DNA from: an uncultured Synergistia bacterium
Lineage (GTDB): Bacteria; Vulcanimicrobiota; SpSt-956; JAKJGF01
DNA: 64,000 bases
Assembly: GCA_964431735.1 (NCBI GenBank)
Contig: CAYSLJ010000009.1
Location: 590-64,589, forward strand
Direction of reading: 5' to 3'
How positions within the stretch are numbered: position 1 is the first letter of the stretch; each line of letters starts with the position of its first letter. The notes under the pieces were generated by a model. It saw only the letters and a list, made by a program, of their open reading frames with translations. It searched no databases and had not been told where the DNA came from. Of this stretch, positions 34,684 through 44,608 are shown piece after piece. Position numbers and translations under genes: made by a program.

Positions 34684-37353
34684 CTTACCACGTAATTCTT
34701 CCAGATATTTTCCTGCTTTATAGTTGTATTTATCCAGTTGGAGAACATTTTTGTAATTTTCTTCCGCTTTTTTCCTGTCACCTCTGGTCAGAGAAATTAA
34801 ACCAAGTAAAAGATAACCATCAGGAAAATTTTTATCTTTTTCAATGGCTTTTGAAGCATAATTTAAAGCCGATGCCGTATCACCTGAATATAAAGATATA
34901 AAAGATCTTGAAGCATAACCTTCAGGTATATCCAGTCGGGAAGATTTTTTAAAAAATTTCACACTTTCATCTTTATTGCCGGAAACATAAAGGCAAAAGC
35001 CAATATAATAATATAATATATCTCCATCACGAATATTAGTGAGTCCTTTCTTGTAGCAATCAACAGCCTGTTTCCACTCTCCTTTATATTGAAAGGCTTT
35101 ACCTGAATTGAAATAAAAAGATAAAAAATCCGGTTTAATGGCAATACCTCTGTTAAAGATTTCTACAGCATCATCGAAAAGTCCCTGTTTCATCAGAGAA
35201 ATCCCAAGATTCAGGCATGCAAGATAATTTCTGCGATCCAGATTTAACAGTTTCTTATATTCGCTTACTGCTTTCTCATAAAGTCCGAGAGAATTATAAA
35301 TATTACCGAGATTATTATATGCTGCCAGGTAGGAAGGGTTAAGGGTTAATACAAGAAGATATTCATCTATTGACTTCTGAGTATTACCTGCCAGATTATA
35401 ACTGTAGGCAAGATTATAATGAAAATCGGGGTTCTGTGGTTCCAGTGTCACTGCCTTCTGAAAACAGGAGATACTATCTTTCTTATTACCCCGGGAAAGA
35501 TAGATCTTTCCGAGCTGAACAAAACACACAGACGACGAAGGTTCCATTTCCAGAGCTTTTTTATAAAATTTTTCCGATTCTTTAAGATCATTTACTTCAA
35601 GGAAAAGCTGGCCCATTTCAATAAAGGTATGATAGTCAGGTTTTATCTTTATAGCCTGTTCAAAATAATTCAGACTCTTATCATATTCTCCCTGAGATCT
35701 GTACATAGAGCCCAGGGCTGTTAGTAAATCAGTATTCTGAGGTTCCAGCTCTATGGCCTTTTTATAGGCTTCTTCTCCTTCCTTCCAGAGACGAGAAATA
35801 CTGTATGATTGTCCGAGATAAAAATAACAGATGGCACTGTAAGGATTTATTCTCAGTGCTTCTTTATACTGCCCTATAGCTTTATTCATTTCTCCCTTTC
35901 TTGCATAAAGTTGTCCGCATAGATAACGGGCAAGAAAGTTTTCCGGGTCGAAAACAATTGCCTGAAGTAAACATGAAAGACCATCATCATATTTATTTAA
36001 CATTCCCAGGGCAGCACCTTTACCCGTAAGTCCGTCCACCAGGTTCGGTGAAATCTTAAGTACCTTATTGAAAATATTCAGAGATTCTTCATATTTTCCT
36101 GTATTCAGGTAAATAGTTCCCAGTTGAAGCAAATATGAGGTATTCTCAGGTTCAAGTTCAATTGCCTTAAAAAAATAAGGTAATGCTTTTTCGTAGTCTT
36201 TTTTATAAAGAACTATCTGTCCCAGGTTATAGTAATAAAAAGATGCCCTTATATTGCTTTCAAGTGCTTTTTTATAAAGTCTCTCCCCTTCTTCAAAATT
36301 ACCTGTATCACAGTAAACAAGGGCAAGATTATTAAGAGCCTGCAGGTTATCGGGTTCCACAGACAGAACATATTCATATTCAAGTATTGCAATATAAGGC
36401 ATATCATCTTCCTGAAGTACTAAAGCAAGTTTAAGACAGTCTTCTATGGAGGATTTGTCAATGGAATAGGCACCTTTAAAAGCTTCAAGAGATTCTCTGT
36501 ACATGGTAAGAGCGTAATAAGCTCTTCCAAGATTATATAAGACTTCTGGCTTTTTTCCTTTTTCCATGGACAGAGCAATTTTATACTGTTCTACAGCTGC
36601 CTGATAATTACCAGATTTAAAATAATCAATACCAAGATTATTATAATAATCTGCCACATCAGGCTTAATCTCTATAGCTTTCTTATGAGCTTCTATAGCT
36701 TTATCGGATTCTCCCAGAGCTGTATAGACAAGGCCCACGTGGTCATAATATATATCATTATCATTATCTATATGAATAGCTTTTTGAAATTCTTCCATAG
36801 CTTCTTTATAATTACCAAGACTGAATAAAAGCCATCCTCTGTTATCATGAAACAGTGCTACAGCCGGTTCATACTTAACTGCTTTCGTGTAATGTTCCAG
36901 TGCTTCTTTACCTTGTCCGAGTTCTTCATAAGCTCTGCCCAGACTGTTATGTATTTTACCGTCTGAACTGTCAAGTTTCAGTGCAGTCAAACAGATATCT
37001 ACAGCATCCTGAAATTTTCCGGTTTTTAAATAGATTTCTCCAAGATTATAAAAAGTATCGACATTTGCCGGATCTATTTTCAGAACAGTTAAATATTCAT
37101 CTCTGGCCATGTCGAGACGGGAAAGTTTAAAATATATATTACCCAGTAAAAAATGAGCTTCGCCGAAATCAGGGTATAATTTAATTGCAGAAGTTAATTC
37201 TTTTATGGCATCCTCCAGCGAACTTCTGGTGATAAGAGTTCTGGCCTCTGATAAATGTTTTTTTGCTCTGATAACATTATCAGGTTCAGCAGAATAACAG
37301 GGAAGAGATAGAAAAAAGATAATAGATAGAAGTATAAAAATTGATTTTTTTAT
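34681..37353 (-). CDS. secreted TPR-repeat protein (about 890 aa); start codon non-canonical or unresolved
   Basis: The track ORF starts at ATG 37110. The frame stays open upstream and encodes a signal peptide (KKSIFILLSIIFFLSLPCYSA) and a further TPR. AAGGGGGA lies 7 nt before ATA at 37353-37351. There is no in-frame ATG, GTG or TTG. Confidence 0.6.
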   Translation of the reverse strand: MKKSIFILLSIIFFLSLPCYSAEPDNVIRAKKHLSEARTLITRSSLEDAIKELTSAIKLYPDFGEAHFLLGNIYFKLSRLDMARDEYLTVLKIDPANVDTFYNLGEIYLKTGKFQDAVDICLTALKLDSSDGKIHNSLGRAYEELGQGKEALEHYTKAVKYEPAVALFHDNRGWLLFSLGNYKEAMEEFQKAIHIDNDNDIYYDHVGLVYTALGESDKAIEAHKKAIEIKPDVADYYNNLGIDYFKSGNYQAAVEQYKIALSMEKGKKPEVLYNLGRAYYALTMYRESLEAFKGAYSIDKSSIEDCLKLALVLQEDDMPYIAILEYEYVLSVEPDNLQALNNLALVYCDTGNFEEGERLYKKALESNIRASFYYYNLGQIVLYKKDYEKALPYFFKAIELEPENTSYLLQLGTIYLNTGKYEESLNIFNKVLKISPNLVDGLTGKGAALGMLNKYDDGLSCLLQAIVFDPENFLARYLCGQLYARKGEMNKAIGQYKEALRINPYSAICYFYLGQSYSISRLWKEGEEAYKKAIELEPQNTDLLTALGSMYRSQGEYDKSLNYFEQAIKIKPDYHTFIEMGQLFLEVNDLKESEKFYKKALEMEPSSSVCFVQLGKIYLSRGNKKDSISCFQKAVTLEPQNPDFHYNLAYSYNLAGNTQKSIDEYLLVLTLNPSYLAAYNNLGNIYNSLGLYEKAVSEYKKLLNLDRRNYLACLNLGISLMKQGLFDDAVEIFNRGIAIKPDFLSFYFNSGKAFQYKGEWKQAVDCYKKGLTNIRDGDILYYYIGFCLYVSGNKDESVKFFKKSSRLDIPEGYASRSFISLYSGDTASALNYASKAIEKDKNFPDGYLLLGLISLTRGDRKKAEENYKNVLQLDKYNYKAGKYLEELRGK

Positions 37354-37374
37354 GGCGAAATCCCCCTTTGATTT

Positions 37375-37463
37375 GTGACGCGTAATGCGTGATGCGTATT
37401 TAATCCCAGGGTGTTTAGTTAAATGCCCTTACCTCACTTTTCACGACTCACTACTTTCACTCT
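37375..37463 (-). repeat. intercistronic mosaic element (degenerate)
   Basis: GTGACGCGTAATGCGTGATGCG, degenerate hairpin AGGGTGTTTAGTTAAATGCCCT, and TCACTTTTCACGACTCACTAC. Confidence 0.75.
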
Positions 37464-38395
37464 CCGCTTTCAAATACAACTACAAATCTGTACCGTGCAT
37501 TTGCCTCATATCTGTCTAAAAGAATAAGTAATTTTCCGCCTTTTTTTATAAAAATACTTTTTCCCTTATCTCCGCTGTAAAATACAGAAGACGTATCTTC
37601 TCCCGTATAAGGGTTTTTCCATGTTCCGCTGGTCATTTCATCACCATTAACTATAGAAATATTAACGGAAGGTTTTCCCATATTCCCTTCGCCGTATCTT
37701 CCTTCTATATTTAAATAAACAGTTAATTTCCCCGGATAAGGAACTTCTACTGTATAATAATCTCTGTTACCCTGAAGACCGTATTTACCGATAAAGCCTG
37801 TATGACCGACAACAGGTTGCTTCAAAGAAAGTTTCATTGCAGAGGAAGGAGTATCATTGGGTTCCGTTTCGGAAACAGCAGATGAAAGGGATTCTTTTTT
37901 ATTGTTTCCTTTTTCTTCATAAACAATTTTTACTTTATAATAAGCATGTTCACCGTAACGATCGACAAGTATATAAATATTACCGGGTTTTTGAACGGTT
38001 ATTATTCTGGTAATACTATCGGTACAAACAGGAGACTTTTCTTTACCGCTGGAAGGATCTTTCCATTGACCTGTTTTCAATTCATCTTTATTCAGAATAT
38101 CTACTCTTATAGAAGATTCTCCTGATTTATTACCGAACTTTCCCGTAACAGAAGCATAAACAGTAAGTTTCCCCGGATATTTAACGGGAAGACAGAATAT
38201 ATCAATATCTCCCATAAGGCCGTACTGAGTTTGAACACCTGTATGACCGGTAACTGTTTCGCCTGAAGAAATAATATTGGCTTTATCTGTGGTATTATTT
38301 AATTCTACTTCTTCTTTTGAACATACCGGCATAAGGGACATAAAAAAAAGTAATAAAACAATTGATAGCTGTTTGTATAACAATATAATCACCAT
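37457..38395 (-). CDS. secreted protein with two pre-peptidase C-terminal (PPC)-like beta-domains
   Basis: Signal peptide. Two internal repeats; the second starts ETEPNDTPSSAMKL..GNRDYYTVEVPYPGKLTVYLN, a PPC-type pattern. Confidence 0.6.
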   Translation of the reverse strand: MVIILLYKQLSIVLLLFFMSLMPVCSKEEVELNNTTDKANIISSGETVTGHTGVQTQYGLMGDIDIFCLPVKYPGKLTVYASVTGKFGNKSGESSIRVDILNKDELKTGQWKDPSSGKEKSPVCTDSITRIITVQKPGNIYILVDRYGEHAYYKVKIVYEEKGNNKKESLSSAVSETEPNDTPSSAMKLSLKQPVVGHTGFIGKYGLQGNRDYYTVEVPYPGKLTVYLNIEGRYGEGNMGKPSVNISIVNGDEMTSGTWKNPYTGEDTSSVFYSGDKGKSIFIKKGGKLLILLDRYEANARYRFVVVFESGE

Positions 38396-38406
38396 TTACT
38401 TAAGGA

Positions 38407-38438
38407 ATCGTGACGCGTGACGCGTGACGCGTGACGGG
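38407..38438 (+). repeat. CGTGACG heptamer array x4
   Basis: ATCGTGACGCGTGACGCGTGACGCGTGACGGG. Confidence 0.9.
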
Positions 38439-38596
38439 AGGAAACGGGTTTCATTCAGTCACTATTGAATAAATTCTCTGTCATATATAAAATTCCTTTA
38501 TATGGATTTTGTATGAGAATGAGTATAATATTGGCAGAAACAGGGAAAATTCAAAGATTGAAACATAAGGATTTATATGATAAGATAAAGAAAGTT

Positions 38597-38705
38597 ATTA
38601 CTGACCTGAGCATAAGCATGTAATAAAAGTTTTCCTCCCGTCACGCGTTACGCGTTACGTGTCACGAGAGCATATATTTATTATTTATGCTCACTCCGGT
38701 AATAA
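38597..38705 (+). repeat. TTACTGACCTGAGCATAAGCATG module + GTCACGC array + ATTATTTATGCTCAC block upstream of the giant TPR gene
   Basis: Collinear with 3847-3950 and, for the second half, with 6957-7010. Confidence 0.85.
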
Positions 38706-38763
38706 CAGGAAGAGATAAAATCACTGAGCCCGTGAAGTGTCACGATAAAAAAGGAGAGAAAAA

Positions 38764-41700
38764 GTGAAATCATTATTCATTACAATATTACTGCTCATAA
38801 TAATTACAGGCTGTTTCTGCGATGGAATATGTCAGGAAAAAATGGGAGATTATCTTACGAAAGCAAGAAAATTTCAGGGAGAAGGGAAAATTGACAGTGC
38901 AATAGATATTCTTAATAAGGCAATAGAAAAAGATCCTTCCTTCAAAGAAGCTTACTATATGCTCGGTAATATATATATTACAGAAGCCTATTACAGAAAA
39001 GCTTCAGAAGTATTTAAAAAATTAAATGAGCTTCTTCCCGATGATTTAATGATTCAATATCTTATGGCAGTATCTGATTTCCTTTCCTATGATTATATTT
39101 CTGCCAGTAAAAAACTGGAAAAGATATTAAATTACAATCCGAGAGACACAATTTCCAGAGGTTATCTGGTGCTGACTCTGTCCAGAATGGGACAGAACGA
39201 CAGGGCTCTTGATGAATTAATGACAGTAGTAAAATATAATCTGAAAGGTGACAGTGACTATACCCTCTACACAAAAATAGAAAGTTATGCCTTTAATACA
39301 GATCTTGTAATACCTTCACTGAAAGATCTGAAAGAAATAGTTGAAAACAACACAAAAAATCCTATGGCAAATGTAATACTGGGGTGGTTTGATTACAATG
39401 AAAATGCTACGGCAAAAGCAGCAGAACATCTTAAAAAAGCAGCAGAGGAAAATCCTTCTGACGCTGTTGCCCATTATATTTTTGGCCTTATCAGCTACAG
39501 TCTAAATGATCCTGAAACAGCAGTTATTGAATATGAAAAAGCTTATAAACTCGACAGGAAGCTTACAGAATCGGTACAGGAAAAATTTCAATATATTGAA
39601 CAGGCAAAAAGGGATAAACATATTCTGGATCTGGAAAGAAAATTAACAGAAGAACCGGAAAATGACAGAGTTATATTTGAACTTGCTAAAATCTATTATT
39701 ACAGATATTCCTATTCACAGGCACAGACTCTCCTTGAAAAAGCCATAAAAGTAAATCCGAAAGAAATTGAGTATTATAATCTTCTCGGAACAGTTTATAT
39801 AAAAAAATATGAATGGCAGAAAGCAATAGATATTTTTAAGAAAACTACGGGAATGGATAAAAAAAATGGTTCGTCCTGGTCAAACCTCTGCTACGCCTAT
39901 GAAAGATCCGGCTTCTACAAAGAAGCCATTGAAGCAGGAGAAGAATCTCTGGCTTATGGTAAAGGAGATATACAGACATGGTCAAGTATGGCCATTTCTT
40001 ATTATTATCTGGAACAATTTGATAAATCTATAGAATCATTCCAGAAAGCTATAAATATGGATCAAAATAACGGTGAACTGTTCTGCAGATATGCTATGGC
40101 ACTTCAATGGAAAGGCAAAATTGATGAAGCAGCAAAGAACTATAAGAAAGCAATAGAGCTTGAACCTGACTTACTGGATTCTTACTATAACCTGGGAAAT
40201 ACTCTTATGACAGCAGGTAATTATGAAGAGGCAATAAAATATTTTCAACAGGTTTTGAGTATGAGATCAAAGTACAGATCCATATATACAATAAACTTCA
40301 ATGAAAGTACCGTTAATATAGCTCAGGCAATGATGGAATTAAATGACTATGAGAAAGCGATAGAAAAACTGAATATTGTAATCAGTTCAGATCCACTGAA
40401 TATACGGGCTCATCTATTCAAAGCCTATGCATATGACATGTTAAATAAAAAGGAAGAAGCAAAAAAAGAATTCATAAAAACCTTTTCATTAATGTCCAGT
40501 ATTCCTTTTGAATCATCAGAAAAAGGATTTACCCCATATTCACTGGAAACAGTTTTTTCTCCCATAGATGAACCTTTTATACATTACGGTGTATCAATGG
40601 AAGATCAGTGGCTCTCTACCTACCTGGGAGAACCACAGTTTGTCCTGAGTCCTGAAAGAAAAGAAGTTGAAATAATAGAAGATATAAAGAAACATCCTGA
40701 CAGAACAGATCTGGCTCTGGAACTCATAAAACTTTATCTTTATGAAAGAAGAGCAGAGGATGCTCTAAAAAAACTATCCACGGTGGATGAGAAAAACATT
40801 GATAGTTTTCAACTGCATAATATAAAAGGTATAATATATACACTTCAGGGGAAAACAGATATTGCACTTATAGAATTTAACAGGTCTCTCGAATTAAATA
40901 GCCAGAGTTTTGAAATACACAACAATATTTCAGTAGTGTATCAATTTCTGAAAAACTACGGGCCTGCCATAGATCATCTAAAAAAATCAATAGAGCTAAA
41001 TTTTATAAACAGCTGGGCCTATAACAATCTGGGAATGATTTATATAGAACAGAAAAACTATACAAATGCAGAAGAGGTTCTTTACTTTGCAAAAGTATCT
41101 GATCTTAAATCTCCCTGGATAAGACATAATCTCGGATGGACCTATTACAAACTTAATAAAACAGAAGAGGCAATTAAAGAATTAAAGGAAGCAATAAAAC
41201 TGAATCCCGGAGAGGTTACGTTCCCGGAACATCTGGGATGGATATATTATGAACATGATGACAATGGTAATGCTCTCAAATCTTATTATAAAGTACTGGA
41301 AATAAATCCTCAAAAAGATAATATATATAATGCCATAGGCATTATCCTGGCAAAGGAACATAAATACATTCAGGCAGTATCAAATTATAAAAAAGCTCTG
41401 AAAATCAATGACACAGAAGAACTATATCACAGGAATCTCGGCATATCCTATTATAAACTGGATAAATATGCAGAAGCATCACAGGAATTTCAAAAAGCAC
41501 TGAATATAAATTATTATTCCTCTGAAAATCAAATTAATCTATCATCAGCTCTATTTAAACAGGGGAAAACAGAAGACGGGATGACTTATTTGAAAAATGC
41601 CTTATCTTATAATGAACATGATTACAACCCTGTAATAGATCTTATAATATCGAATAATCAGGGGGCTATATATCTGGAACAGGGTAAACTGGATCTGGCA

Positions 41701-42918
41701 GAACATCAATTTCAAAATATAATAAATTATAAAGATACTTATAAAGGAATGGAGCAATACATTACAAATTATTATGTAGAAGTATATAATAATATGGCCA
41801 TTTTAAAATACAGGCAGGGTCTGACTGAAGAAGCCGTTAACATACTTAAAAATACCATAAAAATTGCTCCTGATTGCAGCAGCACACTCAACAACCTTGC
41901 ATTATTAGAGGATAAAGAACAGGCAGGAGAACTATATGAAAAAGCAATTAAAATTGACGGGAGAGGACTTTATTACAATAACCTTGGAGTAATGTACTTC
42001 AAGTCAGGTAATATAGATAAAGCCATAGAAGTTCTGAAAAAAGGCAAAAACAGGAAGCTTCCCATTGTTAACTATAATCTGGGAGGAGCCTATCTACAGA
42101 AAAACATGCTAAATGAAGCTATGAGAGAATTCAAAAACATACCGGTTCAGTCTTATCTGGCACCTGAAGCATGTTATTATACAGGTCTTATTTATTACAG
42201 GGAAGGTAAAAAAATAAAGGCCCGGGAAAAATACGAAGAAGCCATTTCAATGAAGAAAACCTCTGATAATCTCGTAAATGCCGGATGGCTTCTTCTTAAT
42301 CTTAAAGCCTATGAACTGGCAATGGATAAATTCAGAGATGCAATCAGAGTAAATGCCGGTAATGTATCGGCCTATGCAGGTATGGCTACATGTTACTTTA
42401 ATATGTCTCATATGGACAGGGCTATGGAAGAAGCAAATAAAGGTATAAAGTCAGATCCGTCTTCTGAAAAGCCCTATATAATAAGGGCACTTGTATATTA
42501 TCACAATAAAGATTTTGACAGAACTATAGAGGATCTAAAAAAAGCACTACAACTTAATCCACAGAACAGTCTCGTATATTACAACTACGGATATATACTT
42601 CAGGAAAAGAAAGACACAGACAGGGCAATAAAAGCTTTTGAGCAGGCAATATCACTTAATAAAACATCAATTCTTGCAACAGGGGCCGGCAGTTTTATAT
42701 ATTTTCTTAAAGGAGACTATGAGAAAGCAAAGGAGTCTGCCTATCAGGTAATAGAAAATGATATTACTTTTGCAGACGCCTATTATATTCTGGGCAGAGT
42801 GGCCGAAAAAGAAGGGAATAAAGAAAAAGCTATCTTTGAATATAAAAGAGCACTGAAAGCTGATCCGCTACATGTTGAAGCCGGTGAGGCAGTAAAGAGA
42901 GTGAGTAGTGACCAGTGA
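38764..42918 (+). CDS. giant secreted TPR-repeat protein (1384 aa)
   Basis: GTG start after AAGGAGAG. Signal or lipoprotein-like N-terminus (LLIIITGCF). TPR consensus (A..Y..AL..(D/N)P....A..NLG) recurs throughout. Confidence 0.85.
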   Translation: MKSLFITILLLIIITGCFCDGICQEKMGDYLTKARKFQGEGKIDSAIDILNKAIEKDPSFKEAYYMLGNIYITEAYYRKASEVFKKLNELLPDDLMIQYLMAVSDFLSYDYISASKKLEKILNYNPRDTISRGYLVLTLSRMGQNDRALDELMTVVKYNLKGDSDYTLYTKIESYAFNTDLVIPSLKDLKEIVENNTKNPMANVILGWFDYNENATAKAAEHLKKAAEENPSDAVAHYIFGLISYSLNDPETAVIEYEKAYKLDRKLTESVQEKFQYIEQAKRDKHILDLERKLTEEPENDRVIFELAKIYYYRYSYSQAQTLLEKAIKVNPKEIEYYNLLGTVYIKKYEWQKAIDIFKKTTGMDKKNGSSWSNLCYAYERSGFYKEAIEAGEESLAYGKGDIQTWSSMAISYYYLEQFDKSIESFQKAINMDQNNGELFCRYAMALQWKGKIDEAAKNYKKAIELEPDLLDSYYNLGNTLMTAGNYEEAIKYFQQVLSMRSKYRSIYTINFNESTVNIAQAMMELNDYEKAIEKLNIVISSDPLNIRAHLFKAYAYDMLNKKEEAKKEFIKTFSLMSSIPFESSEKGFTPYSLETVFSPIDEPFIHYGVSMEDQWLSTYLGEPQFVLSPERKEVEIIEDIKKHPDRTDLALELIKLYLYERRAEDALKKLSTVDEKNIDSFQLHNIKGIIYTLQGKTDIALIEFNRSLELNSQSFEIHNNISVVYQFLKNYGPAIDHLKKSIELNFINSWAYNNLGMIYIEQKNYTNAEEVLYFAKVSDLKSPWIRHNLGWTYYKLNKTEEAIKELKEAIKLNPGEVTFPEHLGWIYYEHDDNGNALKSYYKVLEINPQKDNIYNAIGIILAKEHKYIQAVSNYKKALKINDTEELYHRNLGISYYKLDKYAEASQEFQKALNINYYSSENQINLSSALFKQGKTEDGMTYLKNALSYNEHDYNPVIDLIISNNQGAIYLEQGKLDLAEHQFQNIINYKDTYKGMEQYITNYYVEVYNNMAILKYRQGLTEEAVNILKNTIKIAPDCSSTLNNLALLEDKEQAGELYEKAIKIDGRGLYYNNLGVMYFKSGNIDKAIEVLKKGKNRKLPIVNYNLGGAYLQKNMLNEAMREFKNIPVQSYLAPEACYYTGLIYYREGKKIKAREKYEEAISMKKTSDNLVNAGWLLLNLKAYELAMDKFRDAIRVNAGNVSAYAGMATCYFNMSHMDRAMEEANKGIKSDPSSEKPYIIRALVYYHNKDFDRTIEDLKKALQLNPQNSLVYYNYGYILQEKKDTDRAIKAFEQAISLNKTSILATGAGSFIYFLKGDYEKAKESAYQVIENDITFADAYYILGRVAEKEGNKEKAIFEYKRALKADPLHVEAGEAVKRVSSDQ

Positions 42919-42963
42919 AGAGTGAAGGGTGAAGAGTGAAGATTGTGATGAAACGCATTACGA
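42901..42963 (+). repeat. GTGAnnn heptamer array ending in ACGCATTACGA
   Basis: GTGAGTA GTGACCA GTGAAGA GTGAAGG GTGAAGA GTGAAGA. Contains the last codons and the stop of the 1384-aa TPR gene. Confidence 0.85.
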
Positions 42964-43557
42964 TTATATTCCTTCGAGTCTCGAAATAATACCCTCTATA
43001 GTAATCCCCTGTTTATATATCTCTTCAAGTATTGCTCTGACATCCTTCGGAAGATGGTTTCCTTTCCTCAGGATCATTTCACACTGACCTATTACAGCAG
43101 TAAGTGGATTATTTATTTCATGTCTTATGGTCAGGGCAATCTGGCCTACTGCTGCCATACGTTCTGCCTGAACTATTTTATTCTGCAGTTCCTTTATTCT
43201 GAGCAGATTTCTTATCCTTGCAAGCAGTTCGGAAAGTTCGAAAGGTTTTGCAAGATATTCATCTGCCCCCATTTCAAATCCCTTCATCATATCATCTATT
43301 TCGTTCTTGGCAGTAAGCATCAGAACAGGTATATCTTTCAAATGGTCACTGCTTTTAATTATTTTAAGAGCCTCATAACCATCGATATCAGGCATTATAA
43401 TATCAAGTATAATAAGATCAATCGTTCTGGAACTTAATATATTTATACCTTCAAGAGCATCTTCGGCAGTAATAACTTTATAATCTTCTTTCTCAAGGGT
43501 AAATTTAATAAGCCGTCTTATAGCATAATCATCATCAATAACAATTATTACAGCCAT
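42964..43557 (-). CDS. receiver domain fused to a HisKA-type DHp domain, no ATPase domain
   Basis: REC (LIILDIIMPDIDG, LTAK, KPF), then AAVGQIALTIRHEINNPLTAV (H-box). The protein ends about 50 aa later. Confidence 0.8.
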   Translation of the reverse strand: MAVIIVIDDDYAIRRLIKFTLEKEDYKVITAEDALEGINILSSRTIDLIILDIIMPDIDGYEALKIIKSSDHLKDIPVLMLTAKNEIDDMMKGFEMGADEYLAKPFELSELLARIRNLLRIKELQNKIVQAERMAAVGQIALTIRHEINNPLTAVIGQCEMILRKGNHLPKDVRAILEEIYKQGITIEGIISRLEGI

Positions 43558-43559
43558 AA

Positions 43560-44249
43560 CTATTCCTTTCCGAGATCAATCATTTTTATACCACTGAGAT
43601 AATCTTTAACCGGCGTATCCTGAAGGCCTTCCAGTTTCTGAATTATTCTCTCTATACGAAGAGTACTTTCCAGGATATGAGTTATTCTTTTTTTTATATC
43701 AGAAGGAATTTCTCTGGTTACAAGAGATTCTGACAGTTTCACAATAGATTTCAGAGGTTTTTCCATTTCCTGTTTTACAGTGAGAGCAACATGGCCGACA
43801 ACAGCCAGACGCTCTGCCTTTATTAACTGAAGTTGAAGACTTCTGAGTCTGAGAAGTGCTTCTGCTCTTACAGAGAGTTCCTGATGATCAAAGGGTTTGG
43901 CCAGATAGTCATAGGCTCCGTAATCAAGTCCTTTTATCTTATCCTGAAGCTGATCCTGGGCAGTTAACATCATAACAGGTATGGTCTGAAGATCACTATC
44001 TTTCTGCAGGTGCTGCAGTACTTCATAACCGGTCATAGCCGGCATAATAACATCAAGGATAATAAGATCGGGATTAATTTCTTTTATCTGCTTCAGTGCT
44101 TCTACACCATTAGAAAAAGGATAAGTTTCATGATTATTTTTTTTTAGTCGATGGGTTACAATCTTTCGCACACCATCATCATCATCTATAATAAGGATCT
44201 TTGCCATAAGGATTTTACTGAAACCTTTCTCTCTTACTGAGTTGAGCAT
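43560..44249 (-). CDS. paralogous receiver-DHp protein with His replaced (KQEMEKPL)
   Basis: REC (LIILDVIMPAMTG, LTAQ, KPF), then VVGHVALTVKQEMEKPLKSI, where the H-box His position is Gln. No ATPase domain. An alternative start lies at 44207. Confidence 0.75.
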   Translation of the reverse strand: MLNSVREKGFSKILMAKILIIDDDDGVRKIVTHRLKKNNHETYPFSNGVEALKQIKEINPDLIILDVIMPAMTGYEVLQHLQKDSDLQTIPVMMLTAQDQLQDKIKGLDYGAYDYLAKPFDHQELSVRAEALLRLRSLQLQLIKAERLAVVGHVALTVKQEMEKPLKSIVKLSESLVTREIPSDIKKRITHILESTLRIERIIQKLEGLQDTPVKDYLSGIKMIDLGKE

Positions 44250-44289
44250 AAATAATACATGTGTAATTATATTAACCCGTAATGATTAA

Positions 44290-44332
44290 CGGGAGGAAAC
44301 AATTATTAACTGCTTATGCTCAGGTCAGTAAA
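44290..44332 (-). repeat. inverted copy of the TTACTGACCTGAGCATAAGCA module
   Basis: CGGGAGGAAACAATTATTAACTGCTTATGCTCAGGTCAGTAAAA is the reverse complement of the module. Confidence 0.8.
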
Positions 44333-44548
44333 ATAATGATATGGAGTAAGGTCGAAATTTAACCTGATATATTATTATACTTAGAAAAACTAATAAAAGC
44401 AATAGAATTGAAAAAATCATTGACTGCTATGTAATGATAGATTATAATGCTTCCTAATGTGTAATACGAAAAAATTATGTGTAAAGAGGGTGATGGGTTA
44501 AGAAGATTCAGAACCTAAAACCCAGAACCTGAGACATTTAATTAATGT

Positions 44549-44593
44549 TCATTTATATATAAAATTACCTGTCATTTTTAAACACCAATCATA
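44549..44593 (+). promoter_or_regulatory. 43-nt element, copy B, 16 nt upstream of the nurA start (possible promoter or leader)
   Basis: TATATAAAATTACCTGTCATTTTTAAACAC core. It contains a -10-like TATATAAAAT. Confidence 0.4.
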
Positions 44594-44608
44594 TGTGAAA
44601 GTATAATA

